This document shows positions 25,272 through 39,200 of a stretch of DNA of 64,000 bases, one piece after another. Numbering within the stretch: the stretch's first letter is position 1; each line of letters begins with the position of its first letter. A program made the translations under genes and the position numbers. The DNA is from Diadema antillarum (lineage: Eukaryota), in NCBI RefSeq assembly GCF_040938485.1, contig NW_027271384.1, forward strand, positions 3,534,001 through 3,598,000, written 5' to 3'. The notes below the pieces were generated by a model. The model did no database searches. It was not told where the DNA came from and saw nothing but the letters and a program-made list of their open reading frames with translations.

Positions 25272-28106
25272 GTATGTCCGATATACACTTTTATCTAACT
25301 TGAGACATGCTGGGTTTTCTTCTTTTTTTTTCTTTCTCAATGGCGATAGTTAAATGTAAATGGCACGGGAATAAGGAAAGCTTTGCCGAAAATTAGCCAG
25401 AAACCACACGAGTTTCACGACTATTCGATCATACACATCGATTTGACAAGAAAGCCATTTGTAAGTTTAGCATATTGCTGCTCACTCACTGCTTGTCAGT
25501 GATGATTGATAGCGATGGCATAAAAATTAATGTAATGCTTACAATTTTGATTTAGATGATTAAAATCACCAAAGGTAAAAACGAATCCTGGACGCTATTC
25601 TGATTGTTAGCTATTTTTGTGAGGAATCGCCCCACCCGCGTGCGGCCTACGCCAAGTGGCGCCATTTTACCGATCGAAAGCTATCTACTGGACAGCCCGC
25701 GAGGACAGGTGGCGGGAGTCGTAGCAGGTTGAAACATCATTATAATGGTGGCAGCAGTTATGATTAGCACATGCCGGCACATCCGAAGAAAAATGATGCG
25801 CTTAGAATTAATGTATGATTCCCGCTTGAATCAGAAAAACTTATTTCCACGTCATGCTACATAGCGAGATTGTATTTCTGTGTTGCCTAGTTGAATTCTC
25901 TCCTTTTTCTTTACTAATATCATAACTTATGGGCTAACGTTTCAATCGTGTTATAAAGAAAACATAGGAATAAAATCTCCATGGATGAATTAGCTATAAA
26001 AACTACCGATTCTTTATCACCAGGTATAATTCATAACTGAATCATAGCTAGTTGGATTGTTGGTTTCTCAGTTAATCTTAACTCTGTGCTGTTGTTTTTC
26101 TACTGAGCAGAGTTTCATGGCTCAAAAATCAATCCGTTGTCTTGACTTCAAAGAGGAATATTTTCTTGCTCCAGGGAACGTGACACAAAAATAATTTTCT
26201 ACTGCATATCATAGCACATGTTTTGATGGGCCATGAATGCAACGTAAGGAACTGGTAAATCTCATGCAAATGATTTTCTCAGTGAATTTTCCTAAGTCAA
26301 GATTTGGTAACCTATCCTAGCAAAGAAAAGTGAGAATTAAAACTTAACACGTTTATATCAAGTACAGTCTACAAAGCATATGGTGCTGCATACTTTCAAA
26401 TTAAAAATGTTGTATGAGAACGTGTGTTTCGATAATCATCCAATTCTTGGAACACGAACGTATGGTACTCGTTATCAAATGCTATCGCAATATCTATATG
26501 CGTCGTACTGTACATGGCTGCAGTGAATTTCCCAAACCGCGATCTCCTATAGACCGTGAAGTTAAAAAGAAAGAAAGAAAAACCATAGCCCGGCTGAAGT
26601 GGCGATATAAGGTCAGGGGCACAGCGTGGCTAGTCTACCATTATGCCGGCATAGAGGGCATTATGGGGGGGGGGGGGAGAACACATCCCCCAAGAAAAAC
26701 AGGGCATCACAATGCAACGTCGCGCCAGGGAGAATGCACCAAACGGCAAGTCCTCGCTCCCATTCCGCCTCGAAGCTGCAAACAATTCCTCACAATAATA
26801 GAAAAAAAAAGAGAAATGAAAAAAAATCGCTGAATAGAATGACGTTTTGTGGCGTCATGCTAGAACGAGTCCACGTATTTTGAGCTTGGGTTTGGTTCGA
26901 TTCTTTCTTAGTATATTCCATACAAATATGGTGCCCCTTTTCTGCTCCCGGGCAAGATCCTTTGATTGATTATTTTCTTTTGCAAAGATTTTTTTCTCCC
27001 TCAATCCAGTTCCTCTTTCCCTTGGTCTCACATTGCCCATATTAGTTGGTAGCATTCGTTATTGAAAAGACACCGAAAATGACCCTGATGAGTTTCCAGT
27101 TTTCCGTTTCTCTCTCTCGAAGAGGACAAGAAAGACAGGGCCTGGGGGTAACATCGTGGTTTACTGCTATGATTTTTTTCAATAATGGAGCTAATGATAG
27201 TGTGAAGCCAGTGTTTCTGAGCTGAAACCAAAAGGGAAGTGTTCGACGGAACATGCACAAACTGCATGGTATTTATCATTACTGCACATCACTCGGCTTC
27301 CTTTCAAAATTTCAAACTTTATGATATCATATTCCAGAGTCCTTTAATACTAACTAGCCTCAAGGGCAGACCGAAGTACAGCGACTATAACCGATCGCAC
27401 ACACACAAAAAAAGATCTACGTATGATTAATGAATCTGAACGAGCCTTAATTTACATAGTTTCACCGGTGTACAATTTGATTTTTCCTTTCACATACTAT
27501 GAAAAAGCTCACAAACGAGATGTTTGCTCACGATAAACATATTTTTGTGAGTGTGGCGTTATCGGAGGTCAGACAGAATCGCATTGTCTTACTATAACGC
27601 TTGTTATCAATTGCCGCGGGATCTTAACTGAAGTACGTGATTTATCACATGGACTTTAGTCACATGCTGTCCTTCAGTACACAGCAATTACGCGGTAAAT
27701 GTCGATGGCTTCGGAGTCTATCTCAAACATACATATCTCTCAAAAAGTCAAGCAATTGCCTCTATAATAGAAGTTCTAATATACCTTCAAATATTTACTT
27801 GAAATAAGCTACGTCAGTTCTAGACAAGCCACAATATACAACAAGAAAAATGTTATATCGGGCAGGCATGATCATTCAACTATATTCCATCAAAAACTGC
27901 AAGTCATTTTTCATCTTACTTCCATATAAGTTTGGCTGTTTAAGGGCTTAGACATGATTTATCTGGAAGTTGTACTCTTTTTTAACTCACAGTAATTTTC
28001 GTGCGCACAAATTAATTCTTGTGGTGTGTCATACGCACAAAATGACATTGGCCTCACTTCCCGGATCACGGAGCATGCACAAGACGCAGGAGAGCAGGAT
28101 TTGGAC

Positions 28107-28112
28107 TATAAA
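28107..28112 (+). promoter_or_regulatory. TATA box upstream of the pre-miRNA
   Basis: TATAAA followed about 33 nt later by Inr-like CCAGT (28138-28142), 93 nt before the hairpin 5p arm. Confidence 0.45.
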
Positions 28113-28204
28113 TGCAGGAATTACGGACGGTTCCCCGCCAGTGCCCATCATCAGCTACTAGTATTCTCCGCGCGCCGACAACTCTTACACGACGCAGCAT
28201 GTGC

Positions 28205-28274
28205 CATCGCCACCAAGTGTACTTCAGTGGACACGTTGTCGCTCTCGTATCTGAGCACACTTGGTAGCGGTGCC
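28205..28274 (+). ncRNA. mir-2006: pre-miRNA, miR-2006-like
   Basis: 5p CAUCGCCACCAAGUGUACUUCA (28205-28226) and 3p GAGCACACUUGGUAGCGGUGCC (28253-28274) form a duplex with 2-nt 3' overhangs at both ends. Basal stem GCAGC/GCUGC; CNNC (CAUC) at +17. The 3p sequence matches echinoderm miR-2006 as I recall it (not database-checked). Confidence 0.88.
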
Positions 28275-30714
28275 GTGAGCTGCTTCCAGACATCGAACAT
28301 CGACAAGATCGAGGAGGAGGAGGAGGAACTTTCTCGTTAAGGATCACTTTTAGTCTTGATTCGGTCCTATCGCATGCTCTGACACTATTACCAAACTACA
28401 CGGACCGGTTGTTGTACATCTACCATGGCTTGCAATACTTTCTAGCCTATAGAGTACTTGGAGTGTTTTATGAATGATGTTGTGTGCATGGTTTTCGAGC
28501 TCAGTATATCCATTAAATTTCTCCTCCTATTTGATTCCGTTCACTCCCTTGAGCCGAATATTGCGTTCACTATACACGATACGTCTGCATCATGACGTAA
28601 TGCACGAAAAAAGTGGACCGTCAACGTTTGTCAGGATATACCACCTGACATATTTCACAAAGGTTTCAAAACCTCTGCACATTAATTTTTGTTTAAGATT
28701 CTCATGAGGGAGTGTTTCAACATTTTTAATGAAAAGTTTAACATTTTGGCACAAACGATTTTTTTCTTCTATTTTTACCTATATCATAAACGGAGTTAAA
28801 ATGCTAGATAAGATTCTATACAACATAGGTATATGACTTTCGCAAAGTTGGACACTCGGAAAATGAAATGTACCTAATATATCGGTAAGTCAGAATGAAG
28901 AGGCAATAGACGTATCTTTCGCCAGTTCCAAGTAAAACGCAATAAATCTTGCAAGTCTGATGTGCAGTTTGTCGAATGACAGTTCTTGATACCTGTGCAT
29001 TAATGAATTCTGTTAAAGACACGAAAATTTCTGTCAAAAAAAAATCCCCTCATAATTATACAGGAATTTTTTTAAAAATGACTGTCACAGGTTACGTGTG
29101 ACAGTATTGTCAACAATGTTGCATCCACTGACTTTATTAATTGGATTAAGTAACCGGCATGGCCATTACGACAGAGAAAGCATGTCTCTATAACCTTAAT
29201 AATGTCTGTACAACTTTAATAAAGGCGCCTTATGACGGCGTAAACACGTGACGAATATAACCTTTACTTTGTCGTTGGTCTACTTTTAATTGTGTCGATA
29301 TAAATGCAACTAGGCTATACGAGACAAGCATTCAGTGAGAGGATGGGGAGTCTGCGTGGGCAGGAAAGACATTTTGAATTCACGAAAGGTGATTTCAAGC
29401 ATTCATTGACTGAAGTCATGGCAATTCGTAATAAAAGGAAAATCGCGGGGCAACCATCACACAATACCTGACTATAGGTGGTGAACGCTCTGCCGTTGCG
29501 CTCGTGTAGTCTACTTATTAATTTTATTAATGGCCGCAGTTCGCGTCTTCGCAGTTAAATGAACAACCCAGATCTTATTCTTATCTCTACCAACAAGCTC
29601 TTGATCTCCGTTCTTTGAAAACTTTGTACAGCTTTTTCACAGGTTTGAATAATCAAGGTATGATATAGGCAGCACGAAAGTAAACATAGTTTTAATAATT
29701 AGACAATGCCACAGGGGTCGAGATAACCTGCTTAGTCATCCTACAGATAAAACAGAAAGAAAAATCCAACGCTGACGATGATAGGACATATAGATACAAT
29801 TTCTATCAGTAGTTCATTAGACAATAATGATTGCAAGTGCATGGGCATGCGGCTCATAATAATAGCAGTTGATGTAATCTTGCCGGTACTATTTTCGACA
29901 GTGTCTGCGAGTGTGAGTGAGTGTGTGTGTGTGTGTATGAAGATGAAGATCTGTTTTGGTTGGGAGGGGAAGGGCTAGTTTGGGTTTTTATGAATTATTT
30001 CATTCTAGATTTGTATGATGTATTTTTTTGTTTGTTTTGTTTTTGTTTTTGTTTTTATGTATATGCTCTTGTAAGTGAATATGAGCTATATGATTCAATA
30101 TATTGAAGGGATACATGTTTGGCATATATGTCAATATTTTCTCGTGAAGGATTATCAGTGGGATTAATTCGTTATCGAGTTGTATATGTTGAAGAGATTT
30201 TTGCAGTATTAATTGAAAAATGGATTTGTTTGTGTTCTGAATTGTATTTGTATTGTTTTTGTTCATGTTACACCCAGGATGGGTTGATTCACGAATGATT
30301 TGAATGAATTCAATAAATATCAATAAAAAAAAGTGTGCGTTGTATGTGTGTGTGCGCGCGTGTGTGTGCGTATTCTCTTTGACCGTCATTATCACGGTGA
30401 TTGCTCTATCGAGGTCAAAATCTCACAGAAATAACCACAATGATTATACAGCTAGTTTTGACATTAGTAAAGCAAAAAGAAACGAAGCATCATAAAAATG
30501 TACATGAAACACTATATGGGAAAAAATAATATTATGATACATCAACTCCACATCCTATCATCTGAAGTCATGAAGTACAGCGTTTATCTTTATCTCGATT
30601 TACATTAACATTTAAACCACACAATACGCATTTTTTAAACAAATCGTTTTATTTTTTAAAAATGACCAAATCAATGCAACACAAATATTCAATAACTTTA
30701 ACTAATGTATTACA

Positions 30715-30716
<2 letters not shown>

Positions 30717-30759
<43 letters not shown>
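30717..30759. repeat. (CA)n microsatellite
   Basis: Direct reading. Confidence 0.95.
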
Positions 30760-30761
<2 letters not shown>

Positions 30762-33196
30762 TGTCTTGATAAACTGAACTGACTATTCACATTCAGTGAA
30801 TCGTCTAATTCGTGTTTGTGCATATTTTGCGGTAAACCACCCATCAGCTTGGGAAGGTTGTAAAAAAGCAACAACAAAGAAACACAGTTTAGAATAAATT
30901 CGCGTCATTCGACAAATTAATGCGTAATGATATAAACCAAAAATAAATCCATCCATAGCTGCATTTTTGTTTTAGTGATATTAATATACTGTGGCATTAG
31001 TCATGTAAGAGACTTTTCCTTGTCATATCTTTCCTTGAAAATATTACATTTTAAAGTGGGGTAAATTATATTTCTTAAAATATTAGAATATATATTATTT
31101 ACAAAGAGCACGATTTTCATGCCAAAGTATAAAGTATATTAATGTAATTTTCAGTAAACTCTGGTTTTATGTACATTTCATGCAGGAGGAAAATTCTTCA
31201 TGAGGGTTAAACTTTCACGCTGTCGTTTTAATTTCTTATTGTTCAAATTGTTTATTGGAGATTCCGTTCATGACGTTTGAAAGACAGAAATGTTTTTATC
31301 ATAATCATTGTGCTCCCACGTATAATAGCACACCTATCTTACAGTATAGGGCTTACATACTCACAGTAGTGAATTCTAAATGAGCCGAAAATCTTAATGT
31401 CATGGCGAATTTTAAACGCATTGCACTGCATCCGTTTGAAAGAAAATTTCCTGGAGGTACTATACAGGTTTACTGCTAGGATTTCCCAAAGCCCACTTCC
31501 TCAAACGTGAATCACATACGGCTATGTACAGCTACCTGGGGATACTTATAAAAAAAAAAACAGTCTCAACGTCACACAAGTAGAGATTTGCTCCCTCAAA
31601 AACTTTTGTACCCTACCCTTTACCACCTCAGGGCGCAGATTCTAACCGCACATAATGCGTTGCATAAAAGGTTCATATTGAATGCAGCGATTTTCCAAAG
31701 GGAGCAACTGCGTATTCTATTACAGAAATAAAATTCTAAGCAGCTTACTGTAGTTCAAATACAAACAAGTAGCTGCATGATGTGTCTGTGAAAGGGCTGT
31801 TTTTTAGGAGGAAAAGGGCCCAACCTCTCCCTCTTTCATTCTCTAGCATACGTGTGGTTTTGCAGACATTATAGTGGCACTGTGAGAAATACACGTTTGT
31901 GGACCGCATAACCCAACGAGCCCATAATGTGCGACAAACAAGCCTTTTAGATCCCAAATTATTGATGAAAAAACACAACCTTTTCTGAGAAGCTATAAAA
32001 GATAACTATATACCGGTGTTATATTGCAATTTGTTTGTTGATAGAATACTAAGCACTGCATGTACAAAGACAGAAATGAAAGCCAATGTTGAAAATGATA
32101 TTCCCAATCAATTTGTATCAATGTAACTGTCTATAGAATTATCACGAATTTGTCTCATCGCTCTCTCTCTCTCTCTATATATATATACAATGAAAACGAA
32201 ACTCCGACAATCATCTATATACATATAGTTATCATGTCAGGCTCCAGAAGATCGTGCGGATACGTATGAGATAAATCTATATAGTATATAAGAAATGATA
32301 TTTGAGCTGGAACTCTGATTATACATTTTAATCAATGTCAGACAGATAATAAGTGAGCTGAAATGGACTCCTATTCTCAATGCGTCAATACGATATGAGT
32401 TATCAGTATATCAAGCTTTCCTTCAGCACACTTAATTCTTTCTTCTGTATGAACCTAACAGTAATCAGTCCAATCACTTTCTGTCAACTATCAGGCATTA
32501 ATGTATGAACATTAGCATAGTCAATTCCGTACGGTAGTTCTATCTCCTTATAATATACTTTATCCCTTAACTCTTCCTACACCTTGTATGACGCCATAAG
32601 GAAAAAGGAACTACTGCGACAAGTTGTGTTGTGGCCAATCGATTTACATGATGACAAGTATACGTTTGCAATTACCAATAAGCTTGTAAGAAAAGATCAA
32701 TAAATCCTGAATGCACTGAAATGCTCTCGAAATTAAGAATGGGCGAAATCCTGACGATATGATAAAATTTTGAACAGAGGTTTGTTGGAAAACCCCGTGT
32801 CTGGATAACCTTACAGTCAGGGTCTTGTGCACTGGTACAGGAAAAGAGGAATTAACACTCTAGGGGACTGGATTCAAAATGAGTGGTAGAAAATGTCTCT
32901 TTCAATTATTCCCCAGTTCCTATAAAAGGTGAAATACGACGATTTATGCAGAGTGTCGACACAACATCATTGATAAAAGTGGGCGCTTGAGAAATGAAAA
33001 CGAACGTTTTCTATGCTACCCATCAATCAACTTCATTACAAACCACTGGTGCAAAATGTTCGCCCGCGGCGGCAGAGACATGGCTGAAAGACGGTTTCTT
33101 TCGTGGTAAATGTGACTTTGCAGCTGGTTGAATTCGAACCAACCCTTTTTTAAGACGTCGCACAGGGATTAGTAGCTGGAAGGTGGCTTGCAGTCT

Positions 33197-33199
<3 letters not shown>

Positions 33200-33248
<49 letters not shown>
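33200..33248. repeat. (GT)n microsatellite
   Basis: Direct reading. Confidence 0.95.
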
Positions 33249-33252
<4 letters not shown>

Positions 33253-36200
33253 CTTTTTTTTTTCTCCGACGCGAGGAGAGACAGCGCATGTTCGTGCTGA
33301 ACAGTTTCTGCAATCTTATTGGACCGATCTAAGTGTTCCGATACTAACATATTACATTTTCAACTGTTGTCTATAGAATGGACATTTCGACGTACTATCT
33401 TTACTTGCTATTTTTCCTTTAAAAAGGTAACTAGAAGATAAATCTAAAGAGTTGTAAAGAACATAAGAATACGTACGGGATAACATGCATAATAAAGTAT
33501 TATACCAAACTGACGAAACAGTCGTAATTCGTGCTGCACAAAGTAGTCTAAAGACCTAACGTTTAGGCCAAATTTACAGCCACTGCTTATGTACGTAAAA
33601 AAGCTGCGACAGAACGTCAATTGAAGTCTGTCCTTCAGACAGTCATCTTTGAGTTAAAGTCTGTTTTCCATTGAGTAGTTTAATATCTCCTAATTATTCT
33701 TTCAAGAGAGAACAAATAGTTTCACATTTATGATATCATGAACTATAAGGGAAATTTGAACAATCTGCACAATGTTTACCGGCAAATTTTTCACTAGCTT
33801 CAACAATTCAGATACTGTTTTGTCTCTTCCGCCGACTGCAACTGATTATAATGCACAAGTTTGGGCCATATCAGACGTGATCGGCTACCGTAAAATGATC
33901 GGCCCTTTGTGTGTCCGTCTAGAATGCCGCACCCCTCCGTATAAAGCCCGCTGCCCACCTGTACGAGGGCGAGGCTTTAGGTGAATAGTCCAGTCAGGTC
34001 GGGGCGTTCTGGCATAGCAACGCAATTTTCGTCAGCACGGGAACGGCTCCCTGTGTGTGCACGTGATGTGCATTTTGGCGCGCAGGTGTATAGTATTTAC
34101 AATCGTGTTGTGTCGTGTGGAAATATACTGCCTTAGCCGAGCATTTTTCCCCGTCTACAAGGAACCGGTAATATTATTACACCTATGGCATGAAGACATT
34201 CATGTTGCTAAAACTGCATATACTCTAAAGCGAAACATTTTGACACACTGCACGTATTAATTACTACTCTCAAGCAAACGGTACACGAACACTTTAAATA
34301 CCATTTGAGATATTCTCATCTTAATTCGAAAATGTAAATTTGGATATTCACAATGTCGAGAAGATTCATTGTTTCAATTCAACTCGACTGCATCTTTAAT
34401 ATGTAACAATAAATACGCTCACTGATAGGAAACAACCATAGGAAAAAAAAAGTAAGATTGTCACCCAATTGTCATAAGCACCAGTTCTCTTCAACATATA
34501 CTCCGCCTGACACAGGTCGCGCAAGTTTTAGTTTCTCAGTAACTGAATGTAATGTTCTGGTAACGCTTCCCCTATCCACTCCCCCACGTGCGATGATTGC
34601 TATTATATCGCACATTAATTGCCGCTATATCGCGGTTTGCTCTGTTTATAACTTCATGAGACGTCACTAAACCCGTTCTCTGCAATATTCTACAAATTCT
34701 CGTAGACATTACACACTAAAATGGACAGGACCAACCAGATTCTGGACGGCATACAGGCTTTCATACATTCGATGGATTATAGAATACCATTCGCGCTGTC
34801 TGTTCACGCTTGCATCCACTTTAATTATTTCCACGCTCTCGGAATTCAGTGATAGAGACACATGGCCTTCGCAAACCTGTCATGTTATTGCACGGACCTC
34901 TTATGGATCTGTCACAGTCACGCTCTTATCAACAACACTCTCTCACGTTACAACAGAGGAAGGTTTCACTGGTATACATGTATTAACGAAAATACCCTGT
35001 TTGGTGAAAACATAATTATGAAATTTTCTTGGAGAGACCAAGTATAACGAAACCCCAAACGAATCACAGTGGCACAGTTAGTCGATTAAGACTGACTATA
35101 CCCCCCCCCCCCCATTTACAGTTTTTTTTTTTTGTGTGTGTGTGTGTGTGTATGAATAATAAACACGGTCAAAGGTCGCGGAGCCATCGCTCTTTATAAG
35201 TACACACCATTCATCTCTCGCCATATCAAGCAAGCCAAATTTCAAGGTGCACTGATAAAGCAAGTTTACCCAGAGCTTTGCGGTAATTTCTCACGAATAT
35301 TACTGTTCATTTCAGGCACTTAACAGTTCCATGTTATCTATGATTTGAATTAATTTGAATTAATCTCTATCAATTACTGTCAAGAATGTTCAATTCACTT
35401 GAAGTTTAAAAACGCGGTACACTTATATATCATCTCAACTTAACTATATAAGATTGGGATATTCCAGGTTGTACTGTTTGTACTGAATAAAAATCGCATA
35501 CCTTCAATAACGATCGCATGGTGCTGAATGTAAGGGCATTTTCTCTTTAAAGTAGGAATACAGCTATTGTGATGCAATTACTATTTAGCATTCAAATCAA
35601 CATATATCATTATTGTCCCAAGGACGTACGCCTCAACTGCTGTTTGTATCACCTGGCATTTCTGCGTGTATGGAAGTTGTAAGTTTGAACTATGTGCTTT
35701 ATACCAAAGGTAATGTGAGGATCTGTAAATTATAAGGATGGTAAAGGCTATCGCAGATATATCTTTATATGATGCACTGAAGTTAGGTAAGTTTAGAATA
35801 ATACATGACATTCTCAAAAAGGCAGCCTGACATCTGATTAAATGTCCCTTCTAGATTCTTCTATGATTAGAAAGAAGACCGAAAAGAGACACGCATGCAC
35901 TAAGAATGTTTGGTATAATCCATACTCTTTGGGAAGCGGTTGTCCGCATTTACAAGGAGAAAATTCTTCTCGTCCTTAGGCAAGACCGGGGGAATAGGAT
36001 GCATTTTTCTTTTGTCGTAATGGCAAAATGAGATGCACCAATTATAATTTGCGTCGTGCCGAGCGCTTTCACCATTCACACACAGCGGTCGATCCTCCGG
36101 CAGCGAAAAGGGAAACTGGAACAAGGTCGCCCGGACAAAATAGCGCCACTTTTGTCGATATTCTCTTATCTGCCCCCAACCCTCGCGACTAATCAGTCGA

Positions 36201-39200
36201 TGGCCCGGATGTTACGTGTGACGCGATGCTCGGAAAAGCCGCCCATGCAGATCCAACCCACGCCTCGTGTCCAGGCATGATGTAAAGTGCTGATGAATTG
36301 GAGCGTATGAAGAGAATATTTGCCGCCTGAGTTTCCCTTTTGTCCGCCACTTCAAATACTGATTACTCTTCTTCGAAGACAAGATACTTTTATGGTAAAA
36401 TAAAATGTATATCTGTGTGACTTTTTAGTATTTTCATTTAGAATCTTATTTAGCAATGTAAAGCAGGGAGAACATTATTACTGCTCTCCATTGTGATCCC
36501 AAACGGACTTTTCCTATCATTAGATTAAATTTCTAAAACTTTCCAGATAATTTTAGAGAAATTGATAGAATAAATAAAAAAATACAGCTTCAACTTTGAC
36601 AATGAAGCAGTGTATTCCGCCCAGCATTTACGAGTTTCAAAAGAATCAATCAAAACAAACGCAATTTCAAGGCGGGAAAAACTTTGCGCCCTTACTCTAA
36701 AACATGATATCCCAAATATGAATGTCAAATACATGAACCGTACTGGAGTTTGATACCTTATCTTGCCCAGCTATCTTCATTAGATGTCTATCATTTCGTG
36801 AAATGCGATACCAGGTTCCGTCGCGACATCCCCGCTTAAGTCTACACACTCGCATCGCAGTAGGTTGTCAAGGCAACAAGTCATATTGACGCGAGTTACC
36901 ATGTTAACATCACGACCACACACTCCATCTTTGATGCATTGCCGAGACGAAGCCAATATCGTAGCGAATCCGAGTTTATATCAAAATGACATTTTAGTGA
37001 TGATGGCATCGAAAAAGGGGAGATGGTAATTTCAGTTTACCCCGCATGTAAATGATCAAATCCACTGAGCGATAATGACAATCTGCCCCGACACATCATC
37101 TCTTTTTTCAGTTCATTGTCTCTAGCCATAAGTTTGCATAATCCTCTCCCACCCCCTCCCTTAAACAAGCATTATATATACACACAAAAAAAAAAGCAGC
37201 AGAAGAATCATCAAGAAAACGAATCGTGATGTACATGCTTACATTTAACATTATTGTGTCGGTCATATTGTGAAATGTTTTCTCATTCAGGGCTTCCCTG
37301 TCCAGGTAAACACAATTAGAAGTATTATGTAGGGCACCTACTTTATCATACTAGTTATCTGTTCGGGAATAAAGCATTAGCTTGAATGAGAGAGAAAGGA
37401 GACAAGATGCAGAATTTCAGAGGTGCAATCGATTTTTTTTTCTTTATAACATTACATTTGTTTGGGAGGGTGACATTGTTTGATTTTATGATAACATGGC
37501 GCCAGACAGTGATTGATATATAGGTACACACTGGTCGCATTGATTTCTGTTTAATTGCCCGAGTTCCTTTTAAACTCTAATCTTTGAAAGGTTCGCCGGT
37601 AACGACGGCCTATTAATGAATCTCGCCGATGAACGGGTGAATGTACGTTATCACTGTTACTCTGACAGCTGACTCTATAGTATTTCTGCAGGACATGTAA
37701 CGAGGTAGAACGACAGTGATGGACAATGTACGTAAAGTCTCACGATACTGTAATGAAAGTCAGTTTTTATGCGCCATACTTCGAGTAAATGAGTTTGCCT
37801 ATTCTCAACATTTGGTATTAATAAGTCAAGCTTCACACATCACTATCCTCTCGTGCAACCAACGAAAAATCTAAACCTATCCTAGTCTTTGAGGGGGTGT
37901 CTTCAAAAGTGACATTATTTTGAGCAATCACACATCTTACTGCCGTTCACACTGTTGTACGCGTCTCTCCAAATTGTGATGAGTAAAAGAGTTTATTGCT
38001 GTAGATATAGATGGTGACGATAGTGATAAACGATTGCTGGGTATTACAAGTTTCACATTAAAATCGACTGTCCGTAAAACATCGTATACGCTGCACGTAC
38101 CGCCCCGTTTGTTGGCTCCTATTTGTGTCTGTCTATACCTGTACAAATCAATGTGACTGCTTTATGTTTAGCCCAGCATTTCGTATCGATTCAAACTAAC
38201 AATCCAGGTAAGCAAGATTTGTATGATTGGATTTGGACGATTATTGTCGAGAAGCTTGTTCATCATCTCTCTTTTTTTTTTGTTTTTTTTAGCTGACAAT
38301 CTCAACGGTTCGAAGCGCGTACAAATTAGATTTTTGAAATTCTTTCTGGATAATCTTTTAAGTCTCACCTGGTCATTTTGAAACAGTGGGGTAAAGTAGA
38401 TTAAATGACTGATTACCTAAACTGGTAAAATGGTGTAGCGAATATTTGATTTATCTAACTAGAGAGGGAGAGAAAAGATGAAGGCAAATATGCGGCCCAA
38501 ATAGTTCCCATGGCATATATGCCCGTACACAAAACAGAGAAAAAAAAATCTTGGTTCATTCTTTCAGTTTAGGTTCATTTTTCTCTACGTTATTTTTTAT
38601 CTCGTTTCATATTTCTATTATTCATGTCTGTCCAGCGTACAAAACGTGCATGACACAATATAATTCCAGGATGAATAGCTGTGCAAATGCGACGCGAATG
38701 GAGCAAACACAATGCCAAAGAAGAAGTCTTTCGATCAAGGCCCACCCCCCCCCCCTCATGTTTGCCAGAATGAAGTGGAGATATATGAATACAGAGGAAA
38801 AACTGCTTAGTAACCGAGTGCACCGTAGGGAATATGTTTGCGCATCGAAGTGGAGAATGGCATGTATTATTATATCTACTCCAATCTTTGCATTTTATAG
38901 GCGTATTTTATTGATTTAGCAATCCTTTCTATGCATTCTCAGCAAAGCTACTGCTTTTGAGCGACTGTACTTACACGTAAAAAATAATCCAATACAGTAT
39001 CTCTATTTGGAATTGGAGTAGAATCAATAGATGTAAACAACGCCATATATACGTAAAGCGCCCAAAAGTGGTAATGTGAGGTAAGAAACCCCCAAATAAA
39101 TACTCTAACTGAACTCAATGTACAAGATATCGCTGGGTAGACACACCGAAAAAAAAAAATCGCCCTAGAATATCTATCAGTAAAACGAAACATGCGACTT

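Larger units (their letters stand above)
23970..25760. promoter_or_regulatory. CpG-rich promoter-like island
   Basis: Locally CpG-dense. E2F-like GGCGGGAAAA 24031-24040; CCAAT boxes at 24367-24371 (reverse) and 25038-25042; YY1-like GCCATTT(T) at 24100, 25121 and 25661; flanked by splice donors on both strands. Confidence 0.55.

Noticed and set aside
27970-28347. Short ORFs of 63-104 aa on both strands
   Set aside because: No recognisable domain or splice support; the GC-rich patch is explained by the pre-miRNA and its promoter
32815-32831. 17-nt minus-strand micro-exon with a good acceptor and GTAAGG donor
   Set aside because: Not a multiple of three, no compatible partner exon found, and it lies in a possibly repeat-derived TTAA-flanked segment
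33130-33140. tRNA B-box-like GGTTCGAATTC on the minus strand (another at about 38307 on the plus strand)
   Set aside because: No A-box at proper spacing and no cloverleaf
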